DNA of 64,000 nt from Gammaproteobacteria bacterium (GCA_013151035.1 JAADJB010000053.1:5939-69938), one strand, 5' to 3'; positions 1 through 11,348 are shown, counted from the stretch's first letter. Numbers and translations: made by a program. Notes: generated by a model from the sequence alone, not told the origin.

Positions 1-212
1 GCATCTGTGGTGACTGTCTCAGGCCCACCGGAAAGAATAATTCCGTTGGGTGCAAAAGCACGAATAGTCGCTTCATCAACCTCACAGTCATGGATCTCAC
101 AATAGACCCCGATTTCACGCACCCGGCGTGCAATCAACTGGGTATACTGCGAGCCAAAATCAAGGATCAACAGACGTTGAGTATGAATATCATTGGTGTG
201 ATTTTTAGACAC
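1..212 (-). CDS. guaA: GMP synthase (glutamine-hydrolysing), N-terminal amidotransferase fragment; gene runs off the window start
   Basis: Minus-strand translation from GTG at 212 gives [39 protein letters not shown]...ILSGGPE, matching the GuaA class-I GATase N-terminus. It lies directly downstream of guaB, as in guaBA operons. Confidence 0.85.
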   Translation of the reverse strand, partial: MSKNHTNDIHTQRLLILDFGSQYTQLIARRVREIGVYCEIHDCEVDEATIRAFAPNGIILSGGPETVTTD

Positions 213-1665
213 GATAGTTTGGCGCTTCCTTGGTGATCTGCACATCATGCACATGGCTCTCTGCCATACCGGCACCCGTTACCCGTACAAACTCAGGCTG
301 TTCACGCATCTCGTTCATGTTGGCACAGCCGGTATAACCCATACTCGAACGCAGGCCGCCGAGCAATTGATGCACCACTGGCTGCAACGAGCCCTTAAAC
401 GGCACCCGACCTTCAATACCTTCCGGCACTAGCTTGTCAGCATCATTACCTTCCTGAAAATAGCGATCACTGGAACCCTGGTTACCGCCCATGGCACCGA
501 GTGAACCCATGCCTCGGTAAGACTTGTAGGAACGTCCCTGAAATAACTCAACCTCACCCGGAGCCTCTTCGGTACCGGCAAACATACTACCGACCATAAT
601 CGAATAGGCACCAGCAACAATTGCCTTAGCAATGTCACCCGAATAGCGAATACCACCATCAGCAATGAGTGGCACACCCGTCCCCTGCAGGGCCTGAGCT
701 ACATTATCAATCGCCGTTATCTGCGGCACACCGACACCGGCAACCATACGGGTAGTACAGATCGAACCCGGCCCAATACCTACCTTAACCCCATCGGCAC
801 CCGCCTCAACCAGTGCCAGCGCAGCCGCACCTGTAGCAATATTGCCACCAATAACCTGCAATTCAGGATAACGCTGCTTGGTATCACGCACCCGATCCAG
901 TACACCTTGTGAATGACCGTGCGCGGTATCAACCACAACCACGTCAACACCCGCATCTACCAGCGCATCAATACGTTCACTCGTGCCCGCACCAACACCC
1001 ACAGCGGCACCCACGCGCAAACTGCCCTGATCATCCTTACAGGCATTGGGCTTATCCGAGGCCTTCTGAATATCCTTGACCGTCACCAGTCCTTGTAGAT
1101 GAAAGGCATCATCAATCACCAGGATTCTTTCAATACGATTTTCATGCAAAAGCCGTAATATCTCATCACGACCCGCACCCTCATATACCGTAACCAGCTT
1201 ATCCTTTGGTGTCATCACAGAGGAAATCGGATTATCCAGCCGGGTTTCAAAACGCAGATCCCGATTAGTCACAATACCGACCAGGTTCTCGCCATCGACT
1301 ACCGGTACACCCGAGATAGAATGTGCCTGTGTCAGTGCCTTCACTTGTTCGATAGTATCCGTTGGAGCAACCGTAATAGGATCCTTGACCATACCACTCT
1401 CATAACGCTTGACCTTACGCACCTCAGCCGCCTGTTGCTCAATCGTCATATTCTTGTGAATAATGCCGATCCCCCCCTCCTGCGCCACGGTAATCGCTAA
1501 ACGACCCTCAGTAACAGTGTCCATCGCTGCCGATATCAGAGGAATATTGAGCGTAATATTACGCGTCAATTGAGTCACCAGACTCACATCCTTGGGTAAC
1601 ACGGTAGAATGAGCAGGAAGTAACAAAACGTCATCAAAGGTAAAGGCTTCAGCGACAATACGCAT
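205..1665 (-). CDS. guaB: inosine-5-prime-monophosphate dehydrogenase
   Basis: 486-aa ORF. The [13 protein letters not shown] start, the catalytic-loop [11 protein letters not shown] motif and CBS-pair region are typical of IMPDH. Confidence 0.95.
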   Translation of the reverse strand: MRIVAEAFTFDDVLLLPAHSTVLPKDVSLVTQLTRNITLNIPLISAAMDTVTEGRLAITVAQEGGIGIIHKNMTIEQQAAEVRKVKRYESGMVKDPITVAPTDTIEQVKALTQAHSISGVPVVDGENLVGIVTNRDLRFETRLDNPISSVMTPKDKLVTVYEGAGRDEILRLLHENRIERILVIDDAFHLQGLVTVKDIQKASDKPNACKDDQGSLRVGAAVGVGAGTSERIDALVDAGVDVVVVDTAHGHSQGVLDRVRDTKQRYPELQVIGGNIATGAAALALVEAGADGVKVGIGPGSICTTRMVAGVGVPQITAIDNVAQALQGTGVPLIADGGIRYSGDIAKAIVAGAYSIMVGSMFAGTEEAPGEVELFQGRSYKSYRGMGSLGAMGGNQGSSDRYFQEGNDADKLVPEGIEGRVPFKGSLQPVVHQLLGGLRSSMGYTGCANMNEMREQPEFVRVTGAGMAESHVHDVQITKEAPNYRV

Positions 1666-1844
1666 AAGAGTTGTATCCTGTGAAATAATATTAGAAAAGG
1701 TTAATCTGCCTATTATAAGACCTGTGCGCCCAAGGGTAAATCATGGAGTGACATAAAAGTCACGCTTCTGCGGGCTATTCCACCCAAAACCCGATACTCA
1801 TGGCATAATATGATGCAATCATCAAAATAATTCTGGCACACGAT

Positions 1845-4124
1845 ATGTCCAAGGATACATCAATGGTAAACAAACAACAGATTATGGCATTGATCCAGAG
1901 TCAGCAATTCCCCCAGGCTCAGAAAAAATGCGATGCCTTTTGCAAAGCCAACCCGACAGATGCTGAGGCCTGGTTCCTGCTCAGCGCCATTTGTGGTCAA
2001 CTCAATGACTTTGTTCATGCCGAACAATACTGCCTCAAGGCCATTGAACTACAAGGCAACAATCCAATGGCCTGGTATAACCTCGGTGTTGCCCAACTAC
2101 ACCAGAAAAAATATCAGGAGGCGATCCAGAGCTTCCAGCAGACCCTGCAACTAAACCCTCAGATTGCCATGGCACACCATGATATGGGTAACGCCCTGCA
2201 ACAAATGGGACAATATGAAGAGGCGCTGGAACAATATCGCAAGACCATTATTATGCAGCCAGAATTAGCCCAGGCCTGGTTTAACCAAGCGGTGACACAG
2301 CAATATCTTGAACGCCATAGTGAGGCATGCACCAGCCTGCAACAATTATTAAGCAAGATGCCACAGGCAACAGAGGGACATTTTCGTCTCGGTAACAGTT
2401 TATTTAGCCTGGGGCAATATGATGCTGCGGCTCAATCCTACCGTCAGGCCATCACACTCAAACCGGCGTATCATGAAGCTCTCAACAACCTGGGTAATAC
2501 CCTGCGCCATCTGGGTCAATACGAAACTGCGCTTGACTGTTATCGTCAGGCGATCACGGGGAACTCCGATTATGCCGAGGCTTATTCCAATCTCGGTAAT
2601 GCCTTACAAGACTTGGGGCAAAAAGAAGAGGCCCTCAATAACCTTGAGGTCGCAGTACGTCTAAAACCCGAACTAGCCGATGGACACTTTAATCTCGCTG
2701 TCACCTTGTCCGACAGCGGACGACTGGCGGCTGCCGAACAGAGCTATGAAAAGACCCTGGAACTTGATCCAAAACATGCTGAGGCAGCCAATAATCTGGG
2801 CAATTTATGTGTCTCACAAGGTCGCCTGCAAGAGGCCGAGTTCTGGTATTTGCAAGCTATCGAGATCCAGCCTGATTATCATATCGCCCATAGCAATCGA
2901 TTATTCTGCCTCAACTACCATAGTGACTATGATGCTAAAAAAAGTCTCGCAGCGCATCAACAATGGGATCAACAACACTGTGCAAAAATCACTGCTTTTA
3001 AACATAATAAGCACCACGCTGATCCCGATAAAATTTTACGCATAGCCTACATCTCACCCGATCTATGTGCACATTCTGTCGCCTTCTTCCTTGAACCGCT
3101 GTTACAACATCACAACCCAAGCCAGGTAGAAAGTTTCTGTTATGCCAATGTAAAACATGAGGATAAAACTAGCGCCAAATTACGCGCCCATACCAAACAT
3201 TGGCATAATATTTATGGTCAGGATGATGCAACAATTGCTCAACGAATAAAACAGGACAAGATAGATATACTGATTGATCTGGCCGGTCATACTGCAGGTA
3301 ATAACTTGCTGACCTTCGCCTGGCAAGCGGCTCCCGTGCAGGCAACCTGGCTAGGCTATCCTAATACCACGGGTATGCAACGTATGGCCTATCGGATTAC
3401 CGATGCCTATGTTGATCCTGAGGATGATAACAACCCCCATAGCGAAGAACTCATACGTCTACCCAAGGCCTTTTCATGTTACCAGCCACACCCCGATTGC
3501 CCACCGGTAGGGGACTTACCAGCAAGCCAAAAACCTCTGACCTTTGGCTCCTTCAACAACTTGGCAAAAGTAACTGATGATGTCATCAGCACCTGGGCGG
3601 CCTTGTTGCAGGCAATACCGGATAGCTCGCTGATCCTGAAAAACAAAGCACTGAGCGATGAACAAGTACGCAAGACATTTCTGCAACGCTTTTCTGAGCA
3701 CGGGATCAGTAGTGACCGGATTGAACTTATTGCCTGGACGGCCTCCATGGTCGACCATATGAAGTTGTATAACCGCATTGATATCGCACTCGACACCTTC
3801 CCTTACAATGGTGCCACCACCACTTGTGAAAGTTTGTATATGGGCGTTCCTGTCATCTGTCAGTATGGCAAACAACACGCCAGTCGAGTTAGCGCAGACT
3901 TCATGCAACAGGTAGGGCTTGCTGCATGGATAGCAAAAGACACCGAAGACTATATTGCAAAGGCGCTAGAACTGGCACAGGATACCAACACGTTAGCGAC
4001 TATTCGTCAAAAACTACGTCAAGACATGCTGCAATCCTCCCTCTGTGATGGTCAACGTTTTACCCACGATATAGAACAGGCCTTCAGGGATATGTGGCAA
4101 TGCTGGATTAAGGAGCCCGGATAG
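1845..4124 (+). CDS. TPR-repeat protein with C-terminal O-GlcNAc-transferase-like (GT41 / SPINDLY-type) glycosyltransferase domain
   Basis: 759-aa ORF. About 10 TPR units (AWFLLS..., AWYNLGVAQ..., AHHDMGNALQ..., AYSNLGNALQ...) are followed by a C-terminal region (ILRIAYISPDL...DLAGHTAGN...GYPNTTG...FGSFNNLAKV...) resembling bacterial OGT-family catalytic domains. Confidence 0.75.
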   Translation: MSKDTSMVNKQQIMALIQSQQFPQAQKKCDAFCKANPTDAEAWFLLSAICGQLNDFVHAEQYCLKAIELQGNNPMAWYNLGVAQLHQKKYQEAIQSFQQTLQLNPQIAMAHHDMGNALQQMGQYEEALEQYRKTIIMQPELAQAWFNQAVTQQYLERHSEACTSLQQLLSKMPQATEGHFRLGNSLFSLGQYDAAAQSYRQAITLKPAYHEALNNLGNTLRHLGQYETALDCYRQAITGNSDYAEAYSNLGNALQDLGQKEEALNNLEVAVRLKPELADGHFNLAVTLSDSGRLAAAEQSYEKTLELDPKHAEAANNLGNLCVSQGRLQEAEFWYLQAIEIQPDYHIAHSNRLFCLNYHSDYDAKKSLAAHQQWDQQHCAKITAFKHNKHHADPDKILRIAYISPDLCAHSVAFFLEPLLQHHNPSQVESFCYANVKHEDKTSAKLRAHTKHWHNIYGQDDATIAQRIKQDKIDILIDLAGHTAGNNLLTFAWQAAPVQATWLGYPNTTGMQRMAYRITDAYVDPEDDNNPHSEELIRLPKAFSCYQPHPDCPPVGDLPASQKPLTFGSFNNLAKVTDDVISTWAALLQAIPDSSLILKNKALSDEQVRKTFLQRFSEHGISSDRIELIAWTASMVDHMKLYNRIDIALDTFPYNGATTTCESLYMGVPVICQYGKQHASRVSADFMQQVGLAAWIAKDTEDYIAKALELAQDTNTLATIRQKLRQDMLQSSLCDGQRFTHDIEQAFRDMWQCWIKEPG

Positions 4125-4129
4125 GCCCA

Positions 4130-5482
4130 ATGCAAAAGGCTATAAATACAAGAGATATTCTTTCCGTATCACAGCTCAACCGCCAGGCACGTGATCTACT
4201 GGAACAAGGGCTACCATTGCTATGGATAGAAGGCGAGGTATCCAACCTTGCCCGTCCAGCCTCTGGTCACCTCTATTTTACGCTCAAAGATGCCCATGCC
4301 CAGATACGTTGCGCCCTGTTTCGTAACCGTAACCGTGCTGCCAACACCCGTATCGAAAATGGTGGGCAGGTCATCGTTAAGGCACGCATTTCTCTGTATG
4401 AGGCCAGAGGCGACTATCAGCTTATTGTTGAACAGATAGAAGAAGCCGGTGATGGTGCCCTGCGCCGTGCCTTTGAAGCCCTCAAACAAAAACTTTCTCA
4501 ACAAGGCCTGTTTAACGACATTCACAAACAAGCCTTGCCCACGCTACCCACCAGGATTGGTATTATTACCTCACCCACAGGCGCTGCGATTCGAGATATC
4601 CTGAGCATCCTGCAACGCCGTTTCCCATCCATTCCTGTACTCATTTATCCGGTTGCCGTACAAGGTGATCATGCCGCAGACGAGATCGCAGCAGCCATTA
4701 AACAAGCCGATCAACGGCAAGACTGTGCGGTGTTAATTATTGGTCGTGGTGGCGGTTCTCTGGAAGATCTATGGGCCTTTAATGAAGAGGTCGTAGCACA
4801 TGCAATCCATCAATGTTCCATACCCATTGTCAGCGCAGTGGGTCATGAGATCGACTTTACCATCAGCGATCTGGTTGCTGATCATCGAGCACCCACGCCC
4901 TCGGCTGCCGCCGAGATTCTGAGCCCCGATCAACGCGAATGGCTGGATAAACTACAGCATATTACAGATAAGCTCTACCGTAGCTTTCAACACCACATCA
5001 ACCAGTCTGCACAAAAACTGGATTGGCTGGGACAGCGCTTGCATCAGCAACATCCCGGACAACGGTTAAAGATACAGCAACAAACCCTCAACGATCAGAT
5101 TCACCGTCTGACCCATGTTATTAACAATAAACTAATCCAAAATAACAACCAACTTTCATTACTGACGGCCCGTTTACAACATAACAACCCACTGGCTTTT
5201 ATACATCAACAAGGCCAACGGCTACAAGCGATGCAAAAACGGCTGCAACAAACGATTAAACACAGCATGGAACAACATCAGGCGCGCTTCAAACAATGTG
5301 CTATGGCATTAAATATGGTCAGCCCCCTTGCCACCCTGACACGCGGTTATTCCATCACCAAAGACAGCCAGAGCGGTGCGATTCTGCGCGAGGCAAGCAA
5401 AATTCATATTGACGATTGTGTCGAGGTGCAACTCAAACAAGGCCGACTCTTCTGCAAGGTCGAGGGAATTAGCGAAAAATGA
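4130..5482 (+). CDS. xseA: exodeoxyribonuclease VII large subunit
   Basis: 450-aa ORF with an N-terminal OB-fold region (LWIEGEVSNLARPASGHLYFTLKDAHAQIRCALF) and a long C-terminal coiled-coil region, as in XseA. In E. coli xseA is likewise next to guaB. Confidence 0.9.
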   Translation: MQKAINTRDILSVSQLNRQARDLLEQGLPLLWIEGEVSNLARPASGHLYFTLKDAHAQIRCALFRNRNRAANTRIENGGQVIVKARISLYEARGDYQLIVEQIEEAGDGALRRAFEALKQKLSQQGLFNDIHKQALPTLPTRIGIITSPTGAAIRDILSILQRRFPSIPVLIYPVAVQGDHAADEIAAAIKQADQRQDCAVLIIGRGGGSLEDLWAFNEEVVAHAIHQCSIPIVSAVGHEIDFTISDLVADHRAPTPSAAAEILSPDQREWLDKLQHITDKLYRSFQHHINQSAQKLDWLGQRLHQQHPGQRLKIQQQTLNDQIHRLTHVINNKLIQNNNQLSLLTARLQHNNPLAFIHQQGQRLQAMQKRLQQTIKHSMEQHQARFKQCAMALNMVSPLATLTRGYSITKDSQSGAILREASKIHIDDCVEVQLKQGRLFCKVEGISEK

Positions 5483-6324
5483 AAAAACAACGCTTACTTG
5501 TCCTCAGCCTGATCATATTTTTTTTCAATAACATCACCATGGCACTGGAATTACCCGAGCCACAGGTTGTCCCTGGAGGTATCGCTGTTATAAAAATAGG
5601 CTCCAGCGAAAACCAGACAAAACCTCAAACCCGGTTCAACAACAAACCGGTCATGCTCGTTCAACACAATAGTGCATGGTACGCCATCATCGGTATCCCG
5701 TTAAAAACGCCTCTTGGTCAACAGATACTGGAGGTCAAGACCCATCACACACAACGTAGTATTCCATTTATAGTCAAGAACAAGGAATACGAGGCGCAAT
5801 ATATAACGATAAAAAACAAGCGCAAGGTCAACCCGGAACAGAGAGACCTCAAACGCATTCATACTGAGTCCGCACGTATGCGTAAGGCATTTAATCACTT
5901 TGATGAATCGATACCACTTAATAAACTACAATTTTCACTCCCCGTTGAAGGCACCATCAGTAGTCACTTTGGTCTACGCCGATTCTTCAATAAGCAACCG
6001 AGAAAACCTCATAGCGGGTTGGATATTGCAGCGGATACCGGCACAGAGATTCAGGCACCACTTGCTGGCAGGATCATCGAGACAGGTAATTTCTTCTTTA
6101 ACGGTAACACCGTTATGATAGATCATGGACAGGGACTCATCAGCATGTACTGCCATCTCAATAAGAGCCTGGTAAAAAAGGGGCAGGCGATTCAGGAAGG
6201 TGAGGTCATCGGTACCGTTGGTATGACGGGTCGGGTAACCGGCCCTCATCTGCACTGGAGTATCAGCCTGAATAATGCCCGGATTGATCCCCTGTTATTA
6301 CTACCTCCCCCACAGATTCCCTAA
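5479..6324 (+). CDS. M23-family metallopeptidase (LytM/NlpD-like) with signal peptide
   Basis: Contains the HSGLDIAADTGTEIQAPLAG and GPHLHWSISLNNARIDP M23 motifs and a hydrophobic N-terminus. Its ATG overlaps the xseA stop (ATGA). Confidence 0.85.
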   Translation: MKKQRLLVLSLIIFFFNNITMALELPEPQVVPGGIAVIKIGSSENQTKPQTRFNNKPVMLVQHNSAWYAIIGIPLKTPLGQQILEVKTHHTQRSIPFIVKNKEYEAQYITIKNKRKVNPEQRDLKRIHTESARMRKAFNHFDESIPLNKLQFSLPVEGTISSHFGLRRFFNKQPRKPHSGLDIAADTGTEIQAPLAGRIIETGNFFFNGNTVMIDHGQGLISMYCHLNKSLVKKGQAIQEGEVIGTVGMTGRVTGPHLHWSISLNNARIDPLLLLPPPQIP

Positions 6325-6390
6325 CCAGGCATTTCACCACACTCATTACAGGTTAATAAAAGTCGCTTTATTGGTATATCCTATACAATT

Positions 6391-6885
6391 ATGCAACGAC
6401 GTAATTTCATAAAACTTATCATACTGGCTACAGGTGTAACGACCCACAGGATCATCATGGCGGATAACACAGACAAAACCGTATGCAATATTGATAAAGT
6501 CGAATACTCCAAACAGGAATGGCAGCAACGCTTATCGGATGCTGAATATCAAATCCTCAGAGAAGAGGATACCGAACCCGCATTCAGTAGTCACCTGAAT
6601 GAAGAAAAGCGCAAAGGGGTCTTTGCCTGTGCAGGCTGTGGTCTGGAACTATTCCATTCTAACCAAAAATATGACAGTGGTACGGGCTGGCCCAGTTTCT
6701 TTGCGGCTATCCCCTGTAATCTTGAAACCCGACTGGATTTTAAACTCATTTATCCCCGCACCGAATACCACTGTGCCCGTTGTAGTGGACATCAGGGACA
6801 TATCTTCAGTGATGGCCCAAAACCAACAGGGAAGCGTTGGTGCAACAATGGACTGGCACTAAAATTTATACCTGATAAAGGGTGA
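6391..6885 (+). CDS. msrB: peptide-methionine (R)-S-oxide reductase MsrB, with twin-arginine-type signal peptide
   Basis: Has CxxC...CxxC zinc motifs and the HQGHIFSDGP active site. The N-terminus MQRRNFIKLIILATG looks like a Tat signal. Confidence 0.85.
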   Translation: MQRRNFIKLIILATGVTTHRIIMADNTDKTVCNIDKVEYSKQEWQQRLSDAEYQILREEDTEPAFSSHLNEEKRKGVFACAGCGLELFHSNQKYDSGTGWPSFFAAIPCNLETRLDFKLIYPRTEYHCARCSGHQGHIFSDGPKPTGKRWCNNGLALKFIPDKG

Positions 6886-7502
6886 CTCGAATGAAACGTA
6901 TATCCTATATATTGAGTTCCCTGTTATTACTTCTTATTCTAACGAGCGCACAGGCTATGGAACAAAACAAAGATACAAAGTCAATAGAACTGGCAACCTT
7001 TGCTGGAGGCTGCTTCTGGTGTATGGAACCCCCGTTCGACAAACTACCCGGTGTTATCAGCACCACATCTGGCTATTCTGGTGGAAGTGAGAAAGATCCA
7101 ACGTATCAAGAGGTATCGGCAGGTAAAACCCATCATGCCGAGGTGGTACAGGTACGTTATAACCCGAGCATTATCGACTATACTAAATTACTTGAAGTAT
7201 TCTGGAGGAATATCGACCCGACCAGTGAGGGACGACAATTTGTTGATATCGGTCAACAATACCGTTCAGCAATCTTTTATCATTCAGAGGAACAAAAGGC
7301 CTTGGCTATTAAAAGCCGGGATCAACTTGCCGCATCCGGACGCTTCGACAAACCTATCGTAACCGAGATCACTGCCTTCAGCCGGTTTTACCCTGCTGAG
7401 GATTATCATCAGGACTATTATCAGCACAACCCCATTCGCTACAAATATTATCGTTATCGTTCCGGTCGCGACCAGTTTTTGGAAAGGGTATGGGAGAAAT
7501 AA
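6882..7502 (+). CDS. msrA: peptide-methionine (S)-S-oxide reductase MsrA, with Sec signal peptide
   Basis: GGCFWCMEPPF active-site motif. The signal peptide MKRISYILSSLLLLLILTSAQA has an AxA cleavage site. 4-nt overlap with msrB. Confidence 0.85.
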   Translation: MTRMKRISYILSSLLLLLILTSAQAMEQNKDTKSIELATFAGGCFWCMEPPFDKLPGVISTTSGYSGGSEKDPTYQEVSAGKTHHAEVVQVRYNPSIIDYTKLLEVFWRNIDPTSEGRQFVDIGQQYRSAIFYHSEEQKALAIKSRDQLAASGRFDKPIVTEITAFSRFYPAEDYHQDYYQHNPIRYKYYRYRSGRDQFLERVWEK

Positions 7503-7505
7503 TAA

Positions 7506-7730
7506 CTATTTTAAAACATCATGAATTTTTTCAGATTCCATATCCCTGTTTTCAAGCTCTTCAATTAGTCGTTCCATCAGATGTGGTCCCGCAGCATAGG
7601 CACGAGCAAAACCCAGTTTAAAACCGAGCGTACTAATTTTTTTGGCGAGAAATTCCAACTCTTCATCATCCAATGGCCCATGCTTACCCGATAAAACCTT
7701 ACGCACTTCCTTAAGCAATTGCTTACTCAT
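7506..7730 (-). CDS. small conserved hypothetical protein (74 aa)
   Basis: Clean ORF between msrA and the ygiQ terminator; no family recognised by eye. Confidence 0.4.
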   Translation of the reverse strand: MSKQLLKEVRKVLSGKHGPLDDEELEFLAKKISTLGFKLGFARAYAAGPHLMERLIEELENRDMESEKIHDVLK

Positions 7731-7768
7731 CAGCCCACCTCACACAATAAAAACCAACCTTATTAAAA

Positions 7769-7804
7769 GAGACCTTTGCACCATAGAGGCGCAAAGGTCT
7801 CTAA
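7769..7804 (-). terminator. rho-independent terminator-like hairpin downstream of ygiQ
   Basis: agagacctttgcacc-ataga-ggcgcaaaggtctct forms a 14-bp stem. On the minus strand it is followed by TTTTA. Confidence 0.5.
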
Positions 7805-7861
7805 AAATTATAGCACCACTTACTGCTTTTTCTACCAGAATTTTATAACTAAACCGAGGGG

Positions 7862-10042
7862 TCAATCCTCACGCCCCTGCCTGCTACGTTTTAGCGGTTT
7901 ACGTCGCTTCTTCTTATTATTAGCGGACTTATTATGTAAACCGGTATGCTGGGTACGAAAAGATTTCTTGGGGTTCGTTTTTCTTTCATCATTACTTCCT
8001 GTTCCCTCCGGTTGCCAGAGTGGAATCAAATGCCGTTTGCCATTACCGATTAAATCCTCACGCCCCATCTCACGCAAGGCCTCACGTAATATCGGCCAGT
8101 TATTCGCATCGTGATAACGTAAAAAGGCCTTATGCAAACGACGAATACGCAAGCCCTTGGGGACTTCCACTTCACCACCCTCGCGGTGAATCTTGCGCAA
8201 GGGATTCTTGCCGGTATGATACATCGCCGATGCGGTTGCCATCGGTGATGGTAGAAAAGTCTGCACCTGATCTGCACGATAACCATGCTGCTTTAACCAG
8301 ATTGCCAGATTCATCATATCTTCTACACTCGTACCCGGGTGCGCAGCAATGAAATAGGGAATCAAATATTGTTCCTTACCTGCCTGTTTAGAAAAACGTT
8401 CAAACATCTCCCGGAAACGATAATAACTATCTACTCCCGGCTTCATCATCTTACTTAATGGCGCATCCTCGGTATGCTCCGGGGCAATTTTCAGGTAGCC
8501 ACCCACATGATGAGTGACCAGTTCTTTAACATATTCCGGTGAACGTACAGCCAGGTCATAACGCAGACCAGAGGCAATAAAGACCCGTTTTATCCCCGGT
8601 AATTCACGTACTCGCCGATACAGACTGATTAATGGATCATGGTTGGTGCCCATATTGGAACAAATATCAGGGTAGACGCAGGATAAACGCCGGCAGGCCG
8701 ATTCAATCTTTTTGCTCTTGCACGCCAGGCGATACATATTTGCCGTTGGCCCACCTAGATCCGAGATAACCCCGGTAAAACCAGGCACCGTATCACGAAT
8801 CTGTTCAATCTCACGAATAATGGATGCCTCTGAACGATTCTGGATAATCCTGCCCTCGTGTTCGGTAATCGAGCAAAAGGTACAACCTCCAAAACAACCC
8901 CGCATAATATTGATCGAGAAACGAATCATCTCATAAGCAGGGATATTTACACCGCCATAGGCAGGATGAGGCTGGCGTGTATAAGGCAACTCGAAGACCT
9001 GATCCAACTCCTCGGTGCTTAATGGAACAACCGGTGGATTAAGCCATACATAACGATTCCCATGCGCCTGAATCAGGGCACGCGCATTGCCCGGGTTTGT
9101 TTCCAAGTGCAAGACCCTGGAGGCATGAGCATACAACACACGATCGTGACATACCGTCTCAAATGAGGGAATACGCAAGACACAACGTTGACGATCCAGA
9201 CGCGGGCGTTTTTGAAAACGAACAATAGTTTGATCTGATTGATTATCCGCTGGCGCGGTATGACTCGATACTGGCTCCGCATAAGGATCTGTATGTGAAT
9301 CAACCCTACCGGGTTCATCAACCTCGCTTGAATCCAACTCTGTCCACCCGGTCGGAACCTCATTACAGGTATAGGCCGTACCCCTGATGTCAGTTAAATC
9401 GGACACCAACTCCCCTGCGGCAAGACGATGGGCAATCTCCACCACCTGTCGTTCCCCATTGCCGAACACCAGTAAATCCGCTTTGGCATCAATCAAGATC
9501 GAACGTCTAACCTTATCTGACCAGTAATCATAATGTGCAATACGTCTAAGACTGGCCTCAATCCCTCCGATAATAACAGGCACACCCTTACACGCCTCAC
9601 GACAACGCTGAGCATAAACCAGTACCGAACGATCAGGACGTTTACCCGCCTTTCCACCTGGAGTGTAGGCATCATCCGAACGCACCTTGCGATCTGCCGT
9701 GTAGCGATTAATCATGGAATCCATGTTGCCCGCTGTCACGCCAAAGAACAAATTAGGAACCCCTAGAGCCTGAAAATCATCCACCGATTGCCAATCCGGT
9801 TGAGCAATGATGCCCACACGGAAACCCTGCGCTTCCAGCACCCGACCAATCACCGCCATACCAAAACTGGGATGATCGACATAGGCATCACCCGTTACCA
9901 GAATAATGTCACAGGAATCCCAGCCCAGTGCATCCATATCAGCACGGGTGGTCGGCAATACTGAAGCAACACCAAAGCGTTTAGCCCAGAAGGAACGATA
10001 GGAAAACAATGCTTTAGTATCAGACATGGGGTAACCGATCAA
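7862..10042 (-). CDS. ygiQ: YgiQ-family radical SAM protein (UPF0313)
   Basis: 726-aa ORF with the N-terminal [10 protein letters not shown] region and the CFGGCTFC radical-SAM cysteine motif typical of YgiQ. Confidence 0.9.
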   Translation of the reverse strand: MIGYPMSDTKALFSYRSFWAKRFGVASVLPTTRADMDALGWDSCDIILVTGDAYVDHPSFGMAVIGRVLEAQGFRVGIIAQPDWQSVDDFQALGVPNLFFGVTAGNMDSMINRYTADRKVRSDDAYTPGGKAGKRPDRSVLVYAQRCREACKGVPVIIGGIEASLRRIAHYDYWSDKVRRSILIDAKADLLVFGNGERQVVEIAHRLAAGELVSDLTDIRGTAYTCNEVPTGWTELDSSEVDEPGRVDSHTDPYAEPVSSHTAPADNQSDQTIVRFQKRPRLDRQRCVLRIPSFETVCHDRVLYAHASRVLHLETNPGNARALIQAHGNRYVWLNPPVVPLSTEELDQVFELPYTRQPHPAYGGVNIPAYEMIRFSINIMRGCFGGCTFCSITEHEGRIIQNRSEASIIREIEQIRDTVPGFTGVISDLGGPTANMYRLACKSKKIESACRRLSCVYPDICSNMGTNHDPLISLYRRVRELPGIKRVFIASGLRYDLAVRSPEYVKELVTHHVGGYLKIAPEHTEDAPLSKMMKPGVDSYYRFREMFERFSKQAGKEQYLIPYFIAAHPGTSVEDMMNLAIWLKQHGYRADQVQTFLPSPMATASAMYHTGKNPLRKIHREGGEVEVPKGLRIRRLHKAFLRYHDANNWPILREALREMGREDLIGNGKRHLIPLWQPEGTGSNDERKTNPKKSFRTQHTGLHNKSANNKKKRRKPLKRSRQGRED

Positions 10043-10085
10043 GAAGCCCCTGAAAACAAATTATTTTCAGGGGATGATATAAGAA

Positions 10086-10161
10086 TGGTGCCGGAAAGAG
10101 GAATTGAACCCCCGACCTTTTCATTACGAATGAACTGCTCTACCGACTGAGCTATTCCGGC
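10086..10161 (-). tRNA. tRNA-Thr (anticodon CGU)
   Basis: Reverse complement reads GCCGGAATAGCTCAGTCGGTAGAGCAGTTCATTCGTAATGAAAAGGTCGGGGGTTCAATTCCTCTTTCCGGCACCA. It has a 7-bp acceptor stem and a TTCGTAA anticodon loop, and is very similar to E. coli thrW. Confidence 0.85.
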
Positions 10162-10216
10162 ATGGGTGGGGATTATAACAGGCATACGGGATCAAGTCTT
10201 GACCCCATTTTACATT

Positions 10217-11290
10217 TTATACTGGTAAATAAGGTGTCACATCCAGAATGGGTTCCCGACCCAACAGCTGATCAACCAGCAAGTGCGCCGAGGCATAACC
10301 CATCACCACACCATTCCTGAAATGGCCGGCATTAATATACAGGCCATCGATACCAGGATGTGGTCCGACAAAAGGCGTGCCATCGGGTGATGCCGGGCGT
10401 AAACCGGCCCAATGTCGTTCGACTGGATAATTAGCCAGTGCAGGAATCATTGCCGTAGCAACCGCATATAATTCCTTACGCGCAGACTCACTAGTACCCT
10501 TATCAAAACCAGAATCTTCCATCGTACTACCGATCAACACACGACCATCACAACGGGGGATCACATAACGATCATGATGCAGGACGATACGCTGCAATAC
10601 ACTCGGTTCAGCCTTAAACAACAACATCTGTCCTTTGATCGGATAGACATCAAGACTCAAGCCCGTACCATTTAACACCTGCCCACTCCAGGCGCCACTG
10701 GCAATCACCACCTGCTGCGCAGCAAGGCGCTGACCGTCAACCCTGACCCCAAGAATTCGATCACCCTGTATATCAAGACCATTAACCTCACTCTGACAAC
10801 GGATCTCCACCCCCATAATCTGCAAGGTTTTACGCAAGGATTTCAGTAAACGTGGATTACGCAACTGTGCAATCTCCGGTAACCAGATACCTGGCGCACG
10901 CACCTCCGCCAGGGCGGGCTCACATTGACGTATCCCTGCGTCATCCAGGATTTTCATCCGCACATCAAATTGCTGTGCCCAGTTTTTTGCCTGTTCAGGA
11001 TCACCCCCCTGAATCAGTAGCCCACTCTTTACCCATTGCGGATCAATCCCGCTTTTATCCCTTAGATAATCGGCAAATACGGGGTAATGCAACTGACTCC
11101 AGCGAGCCAGTTCAGAGACAGCCTGCGGATAGCGCCACGGGTGCAGAGGCGATAAAATACCACCACCTGCCCATGAAGACTCCTGACCAGGCTCATTACG
11201 CTCAAGCACTAAAACATCCATACCGGCAAGCGCCAATTCATGTGCTGTCAATAACCCGATCAGACCAGCACCCACCACAATACACGTCAT
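10217..11290 (-). CDS. FAD-dependent oxidoreductase, glycine oxidase / D-amino-acid oxidase family (ThiO-like; equivalent of Pseudomonas PA4548)
   Basis: N-terminal VVGAGLIGLLTAHELALAG Rossmann dinucleotide-binding motif; position between tRNA-Thr and the minor-pilin operon as in P. aeruginosa. Confidence 0.8.
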   Translation of the reverse strand: MTCIVVGAGLIGLLTAHELALAGMDVLVLERNEPGQESSWAGGGILSPLHPWRYPQAVSELARWSQLHYPVFADYLRDKSGIDPQWVKSGLLIQGGDPEQAKNWAQQFDVRMKILDDAGIRQCEPALAEVRAPGIWLPEIAQLRNPRLLKSLRKTLQIMGVEIRCQSEVNGLDIQGDRILGVRVDGQRLAAQQVVIASGAWSGQVLNGTGLSLDVYPIKGQMLLFKAEPSVLQRIVLHHDRYVIPRCDGRVLIGSTMEDSGFDKGTSESARKELYAVATAMIPALANYPVERHWAGLRPASPDGTPFVGPHPGIDGLYINAGHFRNGVVMGYASAHLLVDQLLGREPILDVTPYLPV

Positions 11291-11321
11291 TACATACCTT
11301 CTTTCACTATCATTTCGAAGA

Positions 11322-11348
11322 GCTTTTGGTGCGTGGTACGCACCCTAC
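11322..11348. repeat. 27-bp direct repeat, left copy, flanking the minor-pilin operon; contains palindrome GGTGCGTGGTACGCACC
   Basis: ttggtgcgtggtacgcaccctaccata here versus ttggtgcgtagtacgcaccctaccgta at 18440-18466. Confidence 0.7.

Noticed and set aside
7506-7730. Assigning the 74-aa protein to YheU / YejL-type small protein families
   Set aside because: Recalled sequences of those families do not align convincingly, so it is left as hypothetical.
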